A stretch of 64,000 bases of DNA from Scyliorhinus canicula (Eukaryota), in contig NC_052159.1 in assembly GCF_902713615.1 (NCBI RefSeq), forward strand, positions 33,841,709 through 33,905,708, in the 5' to 3' direction. The translations under genes and the position numbers were made by a program. Shown here piece after piece: positions 61,449-64,000 of this stretch; position 1 is the stretch's first letter, and every line of letters starts with the position of its first letter. The notes under the pieces are model-generated. The model saw only the letters and a list, made by a program, of their open reading frames with translations. It did no database searches and had not been told where the DNA came from.

Positions 61449-64000
61449 CGGTGTTCGGGCTCCCCCACTTGGGTCTGTGACACACTATGGGATCCATCCG
61501 GAAGACCGGTAGTCACGGCAAAAGTAAGAGGGAAGCCCATAGAGTTACTTTGGGACACAGGAGGGTCCCGCACCACGATTAACTCCACAACCACGGCACA
61601 GGCAGACACGTGGCCGACCACCTCCACCATCACACTTAGCGGGTTCACAGGACACTCGCAGCAGGGACATATCACAGCACCCGTAGCGATCCAGCTAGGG
61701 AACATTTCCACCAAACACCCAGTAGTATTAGTAAATCTTCCCCGGACAGCAGAACACATCCTAGGGATAGATTTTATGAATGCCCATAGCCTGTCGTTCG
61801 ACCCAGTGAACCAGTGTGTCTGGCGAATGGCAAGATCGGACAGAGCACCCGCTACCCTCACAGTAGGAGACTACGCTAATAGGATTAGCGTAGTAGGAGA
61901 CTACTCATTTGACTTGACTACACTAAACACGGACAGACAAGTTAAGGCAGTATTAAACAAACATAGGACAGCATTTGCCAGTCACCGGCACGACTGTGGC
62001 AGAATGACTGGACAAATTCACGTTACCGGACCTGACCCCAGACCACAGAAACAGTACAGATTTCCCCTAGAAGCAGAGGGAGAAATAGAGAAAGTGATAG
62101 GTAGCTTATTGGAGCAAGGTGTTCTTAGAACAGTAGCCTCGACCAATAATGCCCCTATTTGGCCAGTGAGAAAGCCCGACGGATCATGGCGTCTGACCAT
62201 TGATTATCGGGAACTCAATAAAGTAACCCCAGCAGTAGCCCCCACGGTAGCTACAAGTCCCGAGACCATGCTCAAGCAGGGACTCAACTCCAAATATTTC
62301 ACGGTATTGGACATTAGCAATGGCTTCTGGTCAATACCATTGGCAAAGGCGTGCCAGTACAAATTTGCCTTCACTTTCAAAGCTCAACAGTATACGTGGA
62401 CATGCCTTCCACAAGGATTCCACAATTCCCCCTCCATTTTCCACCGACAGCTGGCGAATGGTTTAGAAAAATTTTCCCGCCCCGAATGTCTGGTACAGTA
62501 TGTAGACGACCTACTACTGCAGACAGACACAAAGGCAGAGCACATTACGCTTCTGGCCGAACTCCTGGAACTTTTAACCTCAATTGGCTGTAAAGTTAAC
62601 CCAAGAAAGGCCCAGATTTTGGAACACAAAGTGATGTATTTGGGAACAGTCATCACACATGGCAAACGCGAGATCGAATTCAAAAGAATTGATTCAATTG
62701 TCAAATTGCCCCTTCCCCAGAATGTTTCAGCCCTCCGGTCGTTCTTAGGACTGGTTGGTTATTGTCGGAACCACATCGACGGATTTGCGACAAAAGCCGC
62801 CCCACTCTCAGACCTCCTTAAGAAAGGAGCCCCCTGGGAATGGCTTCCGCAGCATACAGAGTTAAAGAAAGCCCTTAGCGCAGCACCCGCGCTACAAGTC
62901 CCAGACCAACTTTCCCCATATGCAATAGAGGTAGCGAGCACAGATCTGACCCTCTCGGCCGTGTTACTTCAGGAACGGCACGAGCAGCTAAGACCAGTGG
63001 CTTATGCCTCCCGACTTTTAGACCCAGTGGAACAAGGATTTTCAGCCCGCGAGAGGCACCTCCTTGCAGTCTTCTGGGCAGTACAATACTTTTCTTACAT
63101 TACCGGACTCAACCCCATCACCATTTTGACCGAGCACACCCCCACACAGTTACTCCTAGACGGTCGACTGAAGGACGGTTCAGTTAGCCAGATTAGGGCA
63201 GCTAGGTGGACACTACTCTTACAAGGACGGGATATTACGGTAAAACGGACCCGCACACACACATTTTTAGCCGACAACCTCCAATACCCAGGACAGCCCC
63301 ATGATTGTGAAATTGTAGCCCCCTTACATAACACAGGACCCTTCATAGCAAAGACACCCCCCAGGAAGATAGGGAACCCCAGACAAAGCCCCCAACACAC
63401 AGACACGTGTGGACCACTACGGATATACGTGGACGGTTCATCCACGGTTTTAAATGGTGAGCGTATCACAGGATGCGGCATCTATGTCGAGGACGCGCAG
63501 GGGCGCGCTCTCGAAGAGAGAGCATTAAAATTACCAGGACACTTAGGCACGCAGGCAGCAGAGCTCGCGGCCATAGCATATATAGTGGACCACCCCGATT
63601 CTTTCCCCAGCCCAGCGGACATATATTCGGACAGTCTATATGTCTGCAATAGTTTAACCGATTTTCTGCCCCTGTGGAGGACACGAGGTTTTGTCTCCGC
63701 AGATGGGAAACCTCTTCCATCAGCCCCTTTACTCCAACACATTTTAGAGAAAGCGAAGGACAGGGCCTTCGGCATTATAAAAGTGAGAAGCCACCATAGG
63801 TCATCCCCCCCTGGGAATGTAAAAGCCGACGCACTGGCTAAGGCAGGTTCCAGGCGAGGCCACTTGTGGACACCCCCAGCTAGCGCACCAGCTAGCGCCC
63901 CTGTGAGCGCAGTTCAAGTCTCACAAACAGATATCAGGGATTTAGCTGAAGCACAGAAGCAGGATGAGGATCTCAGGGAGATTTTCAAAGGCAACTTTGT
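61449..64000 (+). CDS. pol: Pol polyprotein (protease, RT, degenerate RNase H tether, RNase H), in frame with gag, partial
   Basis: Manually translated, 850 codons with no stop: LLWDTGGSRTTI, HILGIDF, NAPIWPVRKPDGSWRLTIDYRELNK, LDISNGFWSIPL, LPQGFHNSP, QYVDDLL (YVDD at 62499-62510), LRSFLGLVGYCR, RPVAYASRLL, IYVDGSS, QAAELAA, IYSDSLY and GNVKADALA. Confidence 0.95.

Larger units (their letters stand above)
58422..64000 (+). mobile_element. Endogenous retrovirus, lokiretrovirus-like/deep-branching; 5' LTR-gag-pol, truncated by the window end
   Basis: LTR, PBS, intact gag, and in-frame pol with PR-RT-tether-RNase H order. Lineage assignment is inference. Confidence 0.88.

Noticed and set aside
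60614-63775. Antisense ORFs over gag and pol
   Set aside because: Short shadow frames of the coding strand with no recognisable motifs.
59703-64000. Ordinary Ty3/gypsy retrotransposon
   Set aside because: The dead first RNase H plus second RNase H and the LPQGF/YVDD RT motifs favour a retroviral lineage. A phylogeny is still needed.

Overview
Eukaryotic, repeat-dense genomic DNA that is intergenic or intronic. The repeat content (HE1-type V-SINEs, Deu-domain SINEs, CR1/L2/L1 LINEs, many Harbinger elements) points to a cartilaginous fish, probably a shark; this is inference. I found no intact host exon, rRNA, tRNA gene or CRISPR array. (1) 1-9249 is a decayed two-gene PIF/Harbinger transposon (DDE transposase on +, Myb/SANT gene on -). 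A full-length L1 (1304-7399, 12-bp TSD) sits inside it and itself carries two SINEs. (2) 9.3-58 kb is a mosaic of SINEs, LINE fragments, Harbinger MITEs and relics, and four solo LTRs with TSDs. It also holds a non-autonomous LTR element carrying UACA/RAI14-like coiled-coil sequence, a CpG-rich Mutator-type foldback element with a 9-bp TSD, Penelope ends with degenerate hammerhead motifs, and a 140-bp local inverted duplication fused to a SINE. (3) The main finding is 58422 to the window end, the 5' part of an apparently young endogenous retrovirus. It has a 969-bp LTR, a tRNA-Arg(UCU) PBS and a 581-aa Gag with a long N-terminal coiled coil and one CCHC knuckle. A single in-frame UGA-CGG follows, then an unbroken 850-codon pol frame that the ORF track missed: protease, YVDD RT, catalytically dead gypsy-like RNase H tether and a second intact RNase H. 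This architecture best fits a lokiretrovirus-like (deep-branching retroviral) lineage expressing Pol by UGA readthrough.
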